64,000 bases of DNA from Treponema sp. (GTDB lineage Bacteria; Spirochaetota; Spirochaetia; Treponematales; Breznakiellaceae): positions 2,285-66,284 of the forward strand of contig JAISNI010000215.1 in the NCBI GenBank assembly GCA_031276295.1, given 5' to 3'. The position numbers and the translations under genes were made by a program. Numbering within the stretch: position 1 is the first letter of the stretch; every line of letters starts with the position of its first letter. Positions 53,229 to 62,806 of this stretch are shown here, piece by piece. The notes under the pieces were generated by a model. The model did no database searches. It saw only the letters and a list, made by a program, of their open reading frames with translations, and was not told the DNA's origin.

Positions 53229-54668
53229 ATGAAGCGATTTGAAGCCGCTCTTTCCGCCGGGTTGGGGGATTGGCCTCAAGGGACGGTGTTCCTTGCCTCG
53301 GTTTCGGGCGGAGCCGATTCGACTGCTATGCTGGCGGGTCTTGCGGCATTACGGCGGGAGCGGGCTTTCGGCCTGTACTGCCTGCACGTAGAGCACGGGA
53401 TACGGCCCGTGGAGGAGTCGGAAGGCGATGCGGAGGCCGTCCGGGAACTTTGCGGAAAATTGGAACTGCCCTGCCGTATCGTGCATATTGCCCGGGGACG
53501 GATCGCGGAGGCGGCCGGAAACTGGGGAACAGGCATTGAGGCGGCGGCCAGGTTTTTCAGGCGCCGGGTATGGTTAAAGGAGGCCCGGCGTCTGGGCGCG
53601 GCGCGCGTGTTGGCGGCTCATACACGGGACGATGTTCTCGAACTGCTCCTGATGCGTTTCCTGCGCGGTTCCGGCCCCGCGGGGCTTGCGGGCATTCCCC
53701 GCGAGCGGGGCTGCGTGTTACGGCCCCTGCTGGCGCTCGGCAGGGAAGATGTGCTTGGCTACCTGGAGGAGCGTGGCATTGCCTACAGAACGGACTCCAC
53801 CAACGCGGACACAAGGTATCTCCGCAACCGCATACGGCTTAGGCTTATCCCCCGGTTGAACGAGTTGTTTCCCGGCTGGCAGAAACCGGTACTCGGCCTG
53901 GCGGAAACCCAGGCCATGAGCGCTTGTTTTTTGAAGGCTGAGGCGGAAAAGCGTATACCCTGGCATTCAGGCGGTCCGGGGTTTAAAGCGGGGGCAGAGG
54001 CTGCGGCAGGTCTGGTCGCGGACGGAAGCGTGTTTTTCGCCGAACCCCCTATCATTCGGGAAGAAGCCCTGTTCCTTGCGGCCGATAAACTTGCGCCGCA
54101 GAGCGGGAATGAAGCAACGCTGAGGCGCGGCGTCATACGGCGCTTTGCGGCCGGAGGGCTTGGGGCCGCGGATCTGGGTCCGCTTCGCCTTGAGAGCAGG
54201 TCCGGTATGGTGAATATATGGAAAAAAGGAAAGGATATATCAGGACGGGGTTTTTCACTGTTGATTAAAGGGAGCGGAGTCTATAATCTTAAAGGGATAA
54301 GCGTCAGGATCGGTAGGTCAGGGCCTGCCGGGAAGGCGGGCGGTTTTTTTTCCGCCGATCTTCCCCTGGTTTTCAGGCCGGTTTCTAAAGACGATCATGT
54401 TTTCTGTAAGGGGAAAAGACGGAACGCGGCGCGTCTTGTTGCGGAAAAGACCGCGCCCGGTTTCCCGTGTCAGGCGCCTGAAGGGGATCATGCTTCCCGC
54501 TATACCGATAGTATATGCGCGGAAGACGGGGCGGGGATTGCGGCCCTCATCGGTGGGGGACCCGGCGGCACGGTCGTATGGCGAAGGGAAGAAGGGGGGC
54601 CGTTTCTTGTTTCCCTTGTTTCTTTTGAAGGTGCAGTTTTTTGCGGCGGCGGCATTTCTCCCCGATGA
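53229..54668 (+). CDS. tilS: tRNA(Ile)-lysidine synthetase
   Basis: PP-loop VSGGADSTAM and HTRDDVLELLLMRFLRGSG. The gene lies upstream of ftsH. Confidence 0.85.
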   Translation: MKRFEAALSAGLGDWPQGTVFLASVSGGADSTAMLAGLAALRRERAFGLYCLHVEHGIRPVEESEGDAEAVRELCGKLELPCRIVHIARGRIAEAAGNWGTGIEAAARFFRRRVWLKEARRLGAARVLAAHTRDDVLELLLMRFLRGSGPAGLAGIPRERGCVLRPLLALGREDVLGYLEERGIAYRTDSTNADTRYLRNRIRLRLIPRLNELFPGWQKPVLGLAETQAMSACFLKAEAEKRIPWHSGGPGFKAGAEAAAGLVADGSVFFAEPPIIREEALFLAADKLAPQSGNEATLRRGVIRRFAAGGLGAADLGPLRLESRSGMVNIWKKGKDISGRGFSLLIKGSGVYNLKGISVRIGRSGPAGKAGGFFSADLPLVFRPVSKDDHVFCKGKRRNAARLVAEKTAPGFPCQAPEGDHASRYTDSICAEDGAGIAALIGGGPGGTVVWRREEGGPFLVSLVSFEGAVFCGGGISPR

Positions 54669-54776
54669 TTGTTGCGGGAAGGGTACGCGCGTGCCGGCGC
54701 CCATCTGAATGGTTACGAATTTAATTGATATACTGAATTTAATCTTTCCGTGGTGAGTTTTGGAGGGTATATTTGA

Positions 54777-56708
54777 ATGAGCGAACAGAATAACAAGACG
54801 CCGGAGAATCCGCAGCCGCCTGAGTGGCCGAATTTGCCGCGTCCTTCCCTGCAAAGGGGGAAGCCGAACCGTTTTGCGCTGGTTTTTTTTATTGTTGTAG
54901 CGGTGCTTTTTGCCGCCTATTTTTTCCGTACCGACAGTCAGTTGGTGCGGGAATTAACGTATTCAGCTTTTACGAACTATCTGGAACGGAACGAGGTAGC
55001 CACGGTCAAAATTTTTGATAATAACATCATAGAGGGAACGCTGAGAGGCGCGTCCGGGGAACAGACGCCGTTTAGGACCCTGATCCCCTACCACGACCCT
55101 GAGTTGTTGCCGAATCTGCGTTCCAAGAGTATAAGCGTGTCCGGCGCCATAGCGCCGGTAAGTTTCTGGCAGCTCATCCTGGAATTTCTTCCCTGGATAA
55201 TAGGGTTTGTTTTTATCTGGGTAATGTTCAGAAACATGCAGGGAAGCGGGAATAAGGCTTTTCAGTTCGGCAAGAGCCGGGCCAAACGCTATCAGGACGA
55301 AGGCAAAAGGATAAGTTTTGCCGATGTCGCGGGGCAGAAGGATGCCAAGTACGAGCTTGAAGAGGTTGTTTCCTTCCTCAAGAATCCGCAGAAGTTCACC
55401 AAAATGGGGGCGAAGATACCCAAGGGAGTACTCCTGGTCGGTATGCCGGGTACGGGGAAGACGCTGATGGCGCGGGCGGTAGCCGGAGAAGCCGGAGTCG
55501 CCTATTTCCACATGTCGGGCTCGGATTTTGTCGAGATGTTCGTGGGCGTAGGCGCCAGCCGTGTTCGGGATCTCTTTGAGCAGGGCAGGCGCAGCGCCCC
55601 CTGTATCATCTTTATCGACGAACTGGACGCGGTGGGGCGTACCCGCGGGGCCGGTTACGGCGGCGGCCATGACGAACGGGAGCAGACTCTGAACCAGCTC
55701 CTCGTGGAGATGGACGGTTTCGATTCCAAGGACGGAGTGATAATCCTTGCGGCTACGAACCGGCCCGATGTCCTGGACCCCGCGCTTCTGCGGCCCGGCC
55801 GTTTCGACAGGCAGGTGGTGGTGGCTATGCCTGACATTAAGGAGAGAGAGGCCATACTCCAGATACACACGGGCAAGATTCCCCTGGGGACGGATATTGA
55901 TCTGAGCCGTATAGCCAGGGCTACGCCGGGGATGAGCGGCGCGGATATAGCAAATCTTGTCAACGAGGCGGCTCTTTTCGCCGCCCGCAGGGATAAGACC
56001 TATGTCGAGATGTCTGAATTTGAAGAAGCGCGGGACAAGATACTCATGGGGGTAGCGCGGACAACGATGGTCATTTCTGATAAGGAACGGCGTATGACGG
56101 CTATTCACGAGGCAGGCCATGCCCTGTTGCACTATTTTCTTAAAAACGCCGATCCTCTCCACAAGGTAACCATCGTACCTCATGGACGGGCATTGGGCAT
56201 GGCAATGTCCCTGCCGGAAGAGGACAGCTACAGCCGTACCAGGGGCTGGATCGAGGACCGTATCGTGATCTGTTACGGCGGATGGATAGCGGAGATGCTC
56301 TTTTATAGCGAAACCACGACGGGAACCAAGCAGGACCTTCAGCAGGCTACCGAAATGGCGCGGCACATGGTCTGTGAATGGGGTATGGCCGAGGAGATGG
56401 GCCCGGTTGCCTACGGCCAGGAGGAGGAACCTATCTTCCTTGCAAGGGAAATTGCGCGGCACAAGGACTACTCTGAGGATACGGCGCGGAAAATAGACCA
56501 GGCGGTCAAGAAGATTCTGGATGCGGCCAGGGAAAAGGCCGCGGATATTCTGAAAAAACACCGCGGAAAGCTGGAAAGATTGGCCGAGGCCCTTATGGAG
56601 CGGGAAACCCTGGTTGACGATGAGGTATGTTCTCTGCTTGAACTGCCGCCGCGCGCCGTCCTGAATACCCCTCTCGGACGCGTTTTACCGGAGAGCCCGT
56701 CGATATGA
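54777..56708 (+). CDS. ftsH: ATP-dependent zinc metalloprotease FtsH
   Basis: Motifs: Walker [55 protein letters not shown], and zinc site HEAGHAL. Confidence 0.97.
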   Translation: MSEQNNKTPENPQPPEWPNLPRPSLQRGKPNRFALVFFIVVAVLFAAYFFRTDSQLVRELTYSAFTNYLERNEVATVKIFDNNIIEGTLRGASGEQTPFRTLIPYHDPELLPNLRSKSISVSGAIAPVSFWQLILEFLPWIIGFVFIWVMFRNMQGSGNKAFQFGKSRAKRYQDEGKRISFADVAGQKDAKYELEEVVSFLKNPQKFTKMGAKIPKGVLLVGMPGTGKTLMARAVAGEAGVAYFHMSGSDFVEMFVGVGASRVRDLFEQGRRSAPCIIFIDELDAVGRTRGAGYGGGHDEREQTLNQLLVEMDGFDSKDGVIILAATNRPDVLDPALLRPGRFDRQVVVAMPDIKEREAILQIHTGKIPLGTDIDLSRIARATPGMSGADIANLVNEAALFAARRDKTYVEMSEFEEARDKILMGVARTTMVISDKERRMTAIHEAGHALLHYFLKNADPLHKVTIVPHGRALGMAMSLPEEDSYSRTRGWIEDRIVICYGGWIAEMLFYSETTTGTKQDLQQATEMARHMVCEWGMAEEMGPVAYGQEEEPIFLAREIARHKDYSEDTARKIDQAVKKILDAAREKAADILKKHRGKLERLAEALMERETLVDDEVCSLLELPPRAVLNTPLGRVLPESPSI

Positions 56709-58516
56709 TAAAGGTAACTTTAACGGGCTTTTTACTGTTTTGTATATGTTCGTCGGTGAACGCCGAAGGTTTCAGGGACAGGACGGAGAGCGGGTTAAGG
56801 GGGGATGAAGGAGCGGCGGAACGCTATGCCGAATGGGCGGAAAAACGGATAGACGAAGGTAACTGGGCGCAAGCCCTTGCAGGTCTTGAACGGGGCGCCG
56901 ATTTTTCCAACGCAAGTTCGGACATTTCCTATCTGCTTGCCCGCGCCCGCCTGCACGAGGGTAAACCCCGGGGAGCCGCCCTGGAAGCAATACGCCGGGG
57001 ACTGGCGCTGAATAGATGGAGGCGGTATTCGCAGGACTCAGGGAAGCTCCTTGAAGCGCATATCCTGACCGAACTGCGGCAATACGAGGCGGTTCTTGAG
57101 GGGCTTTCGTCCGTTAAGCGGAGCGCCGGGGAGGCGCATCTGCGGCTTTCGGCATTGAAAGGTCTTGGCCGGGAAGAAGAATTCCTTGATGCTATGGCGG
57201 ACGCGCTGGATAGATACCCGGAGGATCCGGTTTTTCCGTCCGCCCTCTTTTCCTACGGACTGGAAGCCCGTTCGGCTTTGCCTGACGGAATCCTGCCGGG
57301 CAGGGCGGCGGAGCTTATCGCTCTGGCTGTCTGGCGGCTTCCCCTGCTGACGGAAGCCGATCCCGAATTAGCCTGGCGCGCGGTTCCCTTTATTGAAGAT
57401 GAGGAAAACGGCCGCCGGCTATTGGAGGCTTACCGCAGCGTTAATCCCCCTGTCCCCGCCTCCCTTCCGGTAACTCTCCGGCTGGGGCTTATCGGCGAGG
57501 AAGCCGCGGTGGAGGAATTCTTTGCGCCAGGAGCCTTTCGGAACGCCGGGACATCCGCGTCCGTACCGGACAGGACGCTTTTTACGGATCTGTACGGCCT
57601 GCTCTCAACCGATGCCGCGAAAGCGCTGTTCAGGCAGCGCTTTCTGCACTATACGGGAGTTATCACCGGGGATACTAACCGGGACGGCATCCCGGAAGTA
57701 CGGGTGCGTTACCGTGACGGCCTTATCCTGGATTACTCCTTCGATGCGGACCAGGACGGCATTGCCGATATAGACATATTTTTTTCAGGCGGGCATCCGG
57801 CCCGTATGCTGATCGTTACAGCGGGAGAAACCGGTACGGCGGGGGATTTATCGGAAAAAAACAGAGTCCCGCCCGGCGGGGAAGAACCCCGGAAGGCGGA
57901 AATTATCTGGGAGCAGTTCCCGGCGGCGGCGGAAACCAGGCTGGATGGAGTGAGGTACGTACACAGGCCACGGGACTTTTTCTACACCCCTGTGCTGCTG
58001 GAGGAATTTCTTCCCGGTTTTTCCCTGTACCCGGAGCTTGATCCCCTGTTAAAGCTGCTGTCCCCGGAGGATCTCGGCTATTTTTCAGTTTATCTGGAAC
58101 GGCCAAGCCGTGAATTCCCCGGCGGTATTGAGCGTATAGAGCTTAAGCAGGGTATACCCCAACGGGCGGTGGAATTAGCCGGGGGCAGGCCGGCGGCGGA
58201 GACCGAATTCAGGGAAGGCAGGCCGGTATTGCAGCGCATAGATACCGATCTTGACGGCAGAATGGAAACGGAAAGGCGCTTTAGGGAGGATACGGAGGGT
58301 ATCCTGCCGCGGGAAGAGGAGAGGGATGATCTTTTTAACTATAAAAAGAGCTTTGAATCGACTCAAAGCGACTGGGACGGAGACGGGATTTTTGAAACGG
58401 GGGAAGATTACTTCTACTCCGCAAGCGGAGAGCGTACCATACGGTCGTGGGATATGGATAAGGACGGAAACCGGGAATATACCTGGGGGGAGCCTGCCGA
58501 TATCTTCAACCGATAA
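56705..58516 (+). CDS. Hypothetical exported protein with helical-repeat N-half and five DxDxDG-type (calcium-loop-like) motifs
   Basis: The signal peptide is [22 protein letters not shown]. The loop motifs are DTNRDG, DADQDG, DTDLDG, DWDGDG and DMDKDG. The start overlaps the ftsH stop (ATGA). Confidence 0.6.
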   Translation: MIKVTLTGFLLFCICSSVNAEGFRDRTESGLRGDEGAAERYAEWAEKRIDEGNWAQALAGLERGADFSNASSDISYLLARARLHEGKPRGAALEAIRRGLALNRWRRYSQDSGKLLEAHILTELRQYEAVLEGLSSVKRSAGEAHLRLSALKGLGREEEFLDAMADALDRYPEDPVFPSALFSYGLEARSALPDGILPGRAAELIALAVWRLPLLTEADPELAWRAVPFIEDEENGRRLLEAYRSVNPPVPASLPVTLRLGLIGEEAAVEEFFAPGAFRNAGTSASVPDRTLFTDLYGLLSTDAAKALFRQRFLHYTGVITGDTNRDGIPEVRVRYRDGLILDYSFDADQDGIADIDIFFSGGHPARMLIVTAGETGTAGDLSEKNRVPPGGEEPRKAEIIWEQFPAAAETRLDGVRYVHRPRDFFYTPVLLEEFLPGFSLYPELDPLLKLLSPEDLGYFSVYLERPSREFPGGIERIELKQGIPQRAVELAGGRPAAETEFREGRPVLQRIDTDLDGRMETERRFREDTEGILPREEERDDLFNYKKSFESTQSDWDGDGIFETGEDYFYSASGERTIRSWDMDKDGNREYTWGEPADIFNR

Positions 58517-58561
58517 TAGATATAAGATTATAGCACGGAATAGTTTAAAACAGAGGAAAAT

Positions 58562-60424
58562 ATGACGCGAAAACATATAAACGGCGGATTATACGATTGT
58601 CTGCGGAAAACAGGATGGTTAATCGTTCTTGTACCGGTGTTCTTTTCCTGCCGTTCCGTAGCGGAAGCCGAGAGGCGGCTTGCCCCGCCAAGATCCACCA
58701 GTGAATTCCGGTTGGATGATATAAAAAACAGTATCAACGATGATCCGGCATTGGCCATTCATAGAATAGGCATATACAAGGCTATCTACGGGCCGGAAGG
58801 CGCCATCCCCGGGAATGACGGAGAGATTCTGGAAACGCTTGAAAACCTGGAGGAAACGGCGGTAAGTAAACTTAAAGAGTTTCAGGTTCAGGCTATAGAG
58901 GAGGAGCGTTGGGGCGATGCCGCATCTCTGGCGCGGTCGCTTGTAAGCCTTGGTATTCCGGTAGAACAGTCCGGCAGCGAGCCTGAGTTTGTCCTTTCCG
59001 AAGCAAAGAAAGATCTGGGCGAAGGGAAATACCTGCCGGCTTTTCTCGGCGCCGTACAGGCCCACGAAGAGTTGAGCTTTGAAGATGCGCTGCTCTTTCT
59101 TGAACATGCGGTTAAGGCTAAACAGCGGCGTACCGCGGCTTTCTTCCTGGCCGCAACGGAAAGGCTGGCGGATGGAAATGAGGGAACCATTCAGGAGGAA
59201 TACCGTACCTATGCACGGGGGCGCGATTTGCCGTCCGATATGATAAAAGGGGTTGCAACGGTCATCGTAGACCGCGGTACCAGGATAGAACGGGGCATAG
59301 GCTTCCCCGATATGGTTCTGGGTTCGGCCTTCTTTGTGGACGTATCCGGCCTCCTTATCACCAACTATCATGTGATAGAAAGCGAAGTAGATACGGGTTA
59401 TGAAGGCTATTCGCGTATGTACGTGCGTATGGGGAGCAGTTCCAGCCCGCGGATTCCCGCCAAGGTAATAGGCTGGGACAAGGCTATGGATTTGGCGCTT
59501 ATCAAGGCGGATTTCAGCCCGGAGTACGTGTTTTCGGTAGTGGACAGGAGCATTCCCCAGGTTGGGGATACCGTACTGGCTATCGGTTCGCCGGGCGGCC
59601 TTGAAAAAACCGTTACCTCCGGCATTGTCTCGGCGCTGGGGCGGCGCTTCCTCCAGCTTGGCGACGTTATTCAGATCGATGCCGCGGTGAACCACGGCAC
59701 TTCAGGCGGGCCTGTGGTCGATCAGGAAGGCAGGCTGGTTGGCATAGTTTTTGCCGGTGTAGAGCAGTACCAGGGGCTGAATTTTGCCGTACCCGCGGAA
59801 CGGCTGGCGGCGGCTCTTCCTTCCATGATAAAAGGCGGCAAGGCGGAACGGCCCTGGCTTGGCCTTACCTTAAGTGAAACCGTTCACGGCGCCGAGATCA
59901 TCTACGTTGCTCCCGGGACGCCCGCCGCGGATCAGCAGGTAAAAGAAGGCGTCTACATCAAGTCCATTAATAACCGGACGGTAACGGCGTTCCAGGGGGC
60001 CCTGATTACGGCATTGCAGGATTGCCTTTTTCAGCTCCGTCCCGGCGAGCTTATCAGTCTGGAAACGTCGGACGGCGCCAAACATACCCTGATGATGGCC
60101 AAACGCCCCGACATACCGCTGGCCGAAGCGGTTAAAAAAGACAGCCGCGAGCGTTTGGCCGCCCCGCTTTTCGGCATTATTCTTTCTCCCGCAATGAGCA
60201 AGGATTTATATTTCTTTGATTATCTTGTCAAGAAAGTTGTCCGCGGATCCATTGCCTATGAGGCGGGACTTTCCGAGAACGATCCTATAAGCATACGGGG
60301 TTTTCAGGTTGAAGAGAAGGACGGTTATGCCGTGCTTAACATCAGCGTTAAAAAACGCCGGTCGGGATACCTGCAAACCTTCATGCAGCTTCCCGCGCTT
60401 CTCGATTCACCTGATACGCTTTGA
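58562..60424 (+). CDS. Trypsin-like serine protease (HtrA/DegP-like, S1C) with long N-terminal extension and PDZ-like C-terminus
   Basis: Triad context: ITNYHVIE, DLALIK, and AAVNHGTSGGPVVD. GSPGGLEKTVTSGIVSA is also present. The N-terminus is possibly a lipoprotein signal (VFFSC). Confidence 0.8.
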   Translation: MTRKHINGGLYDCLRKTGWLIVLVPVFFSCRSVAEAERRLAPPRSTSEFRLDDIKNSINDDPALAIHRIGIYKAIYGPEGAIPGNDGEILETLENLEETAVSKLKEFQVQAIEEERWGDAASLARSLVSLGIPVEQSGSEPEFVLSEAKKDLGEGKYLPAFLGAVQAHEELSFEDALLFLEHAVKAKQRRTAAFFLAATERLADGNEGTIQEEYRTYARGRDLPSDMIKGVATVIVDRGTRIERGIGFPDMVLGSAFFVDVSGLLITNYHVIESEVDTGYEGYSRMYVRMGSSSSPRIPAKVIGWDKAMDLALIKADFSPEYVFSVVDRSIPQVGDTVLAIGSPGGLEKTVTSGIVSALGRRFLQLGDVIQIDAAVNHGTSGGPVVDQEGRLVGIVFAGVEQYQGLNFAVPAERLAAALPSMIKGGKAERPWLGLTLSETVHGAEIIYVAPGTPAADQQVKEGVYIKSINNRTVTAFQGALITALQDCLFQLRPGELISLETSDGAKHTLMMAKRPDIPLAEAVKKDSRERLAAPLFGIILSPAMSKDLYFFDYLVKKVVRGSIAYEAGLSENDPISIRGFQVEEKDGYAVLNISVKKRRSGYLQTFMQLPALLDSPDTL

Positions 60425-60599
60425 GGGTATTATGGGGATTGAGGGTATTTTTAAAAAAATATCAAAAGCGCATAAATTCAAAAGTATTATGAATATTAGG
60501 GGGGATGCGCTATTGTTTTTTGGAAAGATGTGATATAATTTAAGTTATTCAAGTCCGAATTTTCGGACTTCATTCCACAATAATATAAGGAAACGAAAA

Positions 60600-61328
60600 A
60601 TGGTAAAAGGAAGGAAACTTTTTATCGGCTTGACGCTCGTTGCCGCGCTGGGATTTTCCCTTATCTCCTGCGAAGGCGTTACGGGGTTCTTTTCCAGTTC
60701 CTGGGGAGAGGGGCTCAAACGGGACCCCGCAAACTTAATGGGCGATGTTAAGCCCTCTAATGTAAAGGAAATGGTCAGTACCTTTGCGGGGGATTCTGAG
60801 GCTTCCAAGGCATTGCTTAAAAAGATTGTAGATGCCGCGGCTAATGCTACCGGTCAAGACAAGGCTGATCTTCAGAGCGCGGGACTGACCGCCGCCGTCA
60901 ACGCGTCGGGGCTGGGAACCACCATTTTAAGCAGTGCGGGGGCTTTTCTCAATGATGATGATGATGATGAAACACAGAGAGATAAACTTACCGATGTGTT
61001 GAACGATTTGCCCGATGTACAGGATATTGCCGGAGATATCGGGACCCTCTTTCAGAGTAGGCCCATGGGTGATATTTATCCCAATATCGACGAGAACGCC
61101 GGAAACGATCTTGTGATGGCTGCGGTGATCTGCCTCCTAGGGGATTACCAGGGACAGGAAGGTGAGGGTTTGGAGAAATATATGGATCAATTTGCTAGTA
61201 AGGTGCAGGAGAATACTGTTGATAGTTTTAACCCCAAACAGAAAACTGCCTATTACCTCCTCAAAACAGCGAAAAATGTCAAAACAGGAGAAGTATTGGG
61301 CGAGGTGCTTAACGAGCTCAATTTTTAA
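60600..61328 (+). CDS. Hypothetical lipoprotein
   Basis: The signal plus lipobox reads LTLVAALGFSLISC. The protein contains an acidic run, NDDDDDE. Confidence 0.6.
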   Translation: MVKGRKLFIGLTLVAALGFSLISCEGVTGFFSSSWGEGLKRDPANLMGDVKPSNVKEMVSTFAGDSEASKALLKKIVDAAANATGQDKADLQSAGLTAAVNASGLGTTILSSAGAFLNDDDDDETQRDKLTDVLNDLPDVQDIAGDIGTLFQSRPMGDIYPNIDENAGNDLVMAAVICLLGDYQGQEGEGLEKYMDQFASKVQENTVDSFNPKQKTAYYLLKTAKNVKTGEVLGEVLNELNF

Positions 61329-61338
61329 TAAGGAGTAG

Positions 61339-62463
61339 ATGATGAAATCATATACAAAAGCTGTCGTTGCAGTATTGTTCCTGTCTCTAACGGGCGCGCT
61401 TTTTGCGGAAGGTTATGATACGCCGATAAAGCCCTTTACTCTGCCTTCGGCCCGAATCCACGGTTACGGCGGCCCTCACGCGGCCTATACGGACGATATC
61501 AATACCCTTTTTGTCAATCCCGCGGCGTTAAGAACCGCCAAACAGATCTCCGTTTTAGACCTTGCCTTTGGTACCACGGGGGACGTAATCGGTTTGGGGA
61601 AGGTCGCTACGGATATGTTGAAGTCGGATGACGATCTGGATTACACTACCATCGGGGAATTTGCCGAAAAGACAGGGGGAAAGCTCCCCTTGGGGGTGTC
61701 TGCCCCCGGTTTGGCCCTGGGTTATGTGGGACATGGTTTTGGCTTCGGCCTGTTTTCGCGGGAATACGTGGATGCCGAAGTGGTAGGGATGAACGTGAAA
61801 GCGGCGGCCAATATCGACGTGGTGCTTAACGGCGGTTATTCCTTTAGGCTTATCAATACCGAGACGCATATCCTTGACGTGGGGGTAGCGGCAAAAGTCT
61901 TCGGCAGGTATGGGTTGGAAAGGGCCGACAACTTCCTGAATATCGCCGACCATGCCGATGCCATACTGGAAGAAGTGATGGACGGCGCTACGACGTACAT
62001 AGGCGGCGGTTTGGATCTGGGAACCACCTATACCCTCGGCAAATTTAAAGCGGCCCTGGTTTATAACGACGTATTCTCTCCTGCGGCGGTTAAGAGAACT
62101 ACGGGGGACACTTGGGGGGTGGTGGAGTCTAAGATGAATATAGGGCTTTCCTACCAGGTTTTCGGAGGGAAGTCCATAAAGCTGGCGGCTATGGCGGATT
62201 ACCGCGATATTTTCAACCTCTTTAAACAGAAGGACTACCGGTCGCGGAACCCTTGGCTTAACCTGGGCATCGGCGTGGAGGCCGAATTCTTTAACATCAT
62301 TTCCGTCCAGGTGGGAATGAACGATATGCTCCCTGCCGCCGGCATTGGTTTTGACCTGTTCATTTTTGAGTTTGTCGCATCCATCTATGGTAAAGAACTG
62401 GGAAACGATCCGGGCGTGCTGAGTACATACGGCCTGGATGCGGGAATTTTATTCCGCTATTAG
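61339..62463 (+). CDS. Hypothetical exported protein, probable outer-membrane beta-barrel
   Basis: The signal peptide is MMKSYTKAVVAVLFLSLTGALFAEG. The C-terminus ends in aromatic residues (GILFRY). The gene lies 10 bp after the lipoprotein gene. Confidence 0.55.
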   Translation: MMKSYTKAVVAVLFLSLTGALFAEGYDTPIKPFTLPSARIHGYGGPHAAYTDDINTLFVNPAALRTAKQISVLDLAFGTTGDVIGLGKVATDMLKSDDDLDYTTIGEFAEKTGGKLPLGVSAPGLALGYVGHGFGFGLFSREYVDAEVVGMNVKAAANIDVVLNGGYSFRLINTETHILDVGVAAKVFGRYGLERADNFLNIADHADAILEEVMDGATTYIGGGLDLGTTYTLGKFKAALVYNDVFSPAAVKRTTGDTWGVVESKMNIGLSYQVFGGKSIKLAAMADYRDIFNLFKQKDYRSRNPWLNLGIGVEAEFFNIISVQVGMNDMLPAAGIGFDLFIFEFVASIYGKELGNDPGVLSTYGLDAGILFRY

Positions 62464-62470
62464 CACTACA

Positions 62471-62515
62471 CCCTTCTTGCAAGCCGTCGTTGAACGGGAC
62501 GGCTGCAAGAAGGGG
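62471..62515 (+). terminator. Strong hairpin after the OMP-like gene
   Basis: CCCTTCTTGCAAGCCGTC - loop - GACGGCTGCAAGAAGGGG has one bulge and is followed by TTTAT. Confidence 0.5.
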
Positions 62516-62577
62516 TTTATAGTATGGAAAGGTACGAGGGGGAGCGTTTTGGCTGTAGCAAAACCTCCTTATAAAGG

Positions 62578-62610
62578 AAAAGCCCCATCCGAAAGGATGG
62601 GGCTTTTTTT
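62578..62610. terminator. Bidirectional intrinsic terminator
   Basis: AAAAGCCCCATCC-GAAA-GGATGGGGCTTTTTTT. A-run/T-run flanks allow termination for the plus-strand operon and for tRNA-Phe on the minus strand. Confidence 0.7.
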
Positions 62611-62682
62611 GCCACCTCAGAGAATTGAACTCTAGACACAAGGATTTTCAGTCCTTTGCTCTACCAACTGAGCTAAGGTGGC
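62610..62682 (-). tRNA. tRNA-Phe (anticodon GAA)
   Basis: The reverse complement folds as a cloverleaf: acceptor GCCACCT/AGGTGGC, D arm GCTC-AGTTGGTA-GAGC, anticodon arm AAGGA-CTGAAAA-TCCTT, and T arm TAGAG-TTCAATT-CTCTG. The discriminator is A, and CCA is not encoded. Confidence 0.95.
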
Positions 62683-62693
62683 TCATTAAATTA

Positions 62694-62722
62694 TTTATAG
62701 TTTATATGAAAAAAAAAGTCAA
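62694..62722 (-). promoter_or_regulatory. Sigma-70-type promoter for tRNA-Phe (-35 TTGACT, 17-nt spacer, -10 TATAAA)
   Basis: The reverse complement of 62694-62722 reads TTGACT-tttttttcatataaac region-TATAAA. The -10 ends 11 nt before the mature tRNA 5' end. Confidence 0.55.
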
Positions 62723-62806
62723 GGGCATAGATGTTAAAATTCAGGATAAACGCACAAAAAAATTTGCGCGCTTCACTCTTTCCTGCCGCCGCGGTACAAT
62801 ACCCGT

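Noticed and set aside
54963-56561. A 532-aa ORF antisense to ftsH. Similar long antisense or alternative-frame ORFs occur at 35461-36381, 58619-59695, 10111-10974, 3912-5126, 49359-50126, 50600-51463, 51934-52560 and 29867-30547.
   Set aside because: Each lies fully inside a gene on the other strand or frame that has unmistakable family motifs. The translations are Arg/Pro/Gly-rich and low in complexity, and lack any motif. This is typical of shadow ORFs in about 50 percent GC DNA.
60531-60539. An extended -10-like TGATATAAT upstream of the lipoprotein gene, followed by hairpin AGTCCGA-ATTT-TCGGACT.
   Set aside because: It is plausible as a promoter, but there is no recognisable -35 and no way to verify it. 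It is too weak to list as a feature.
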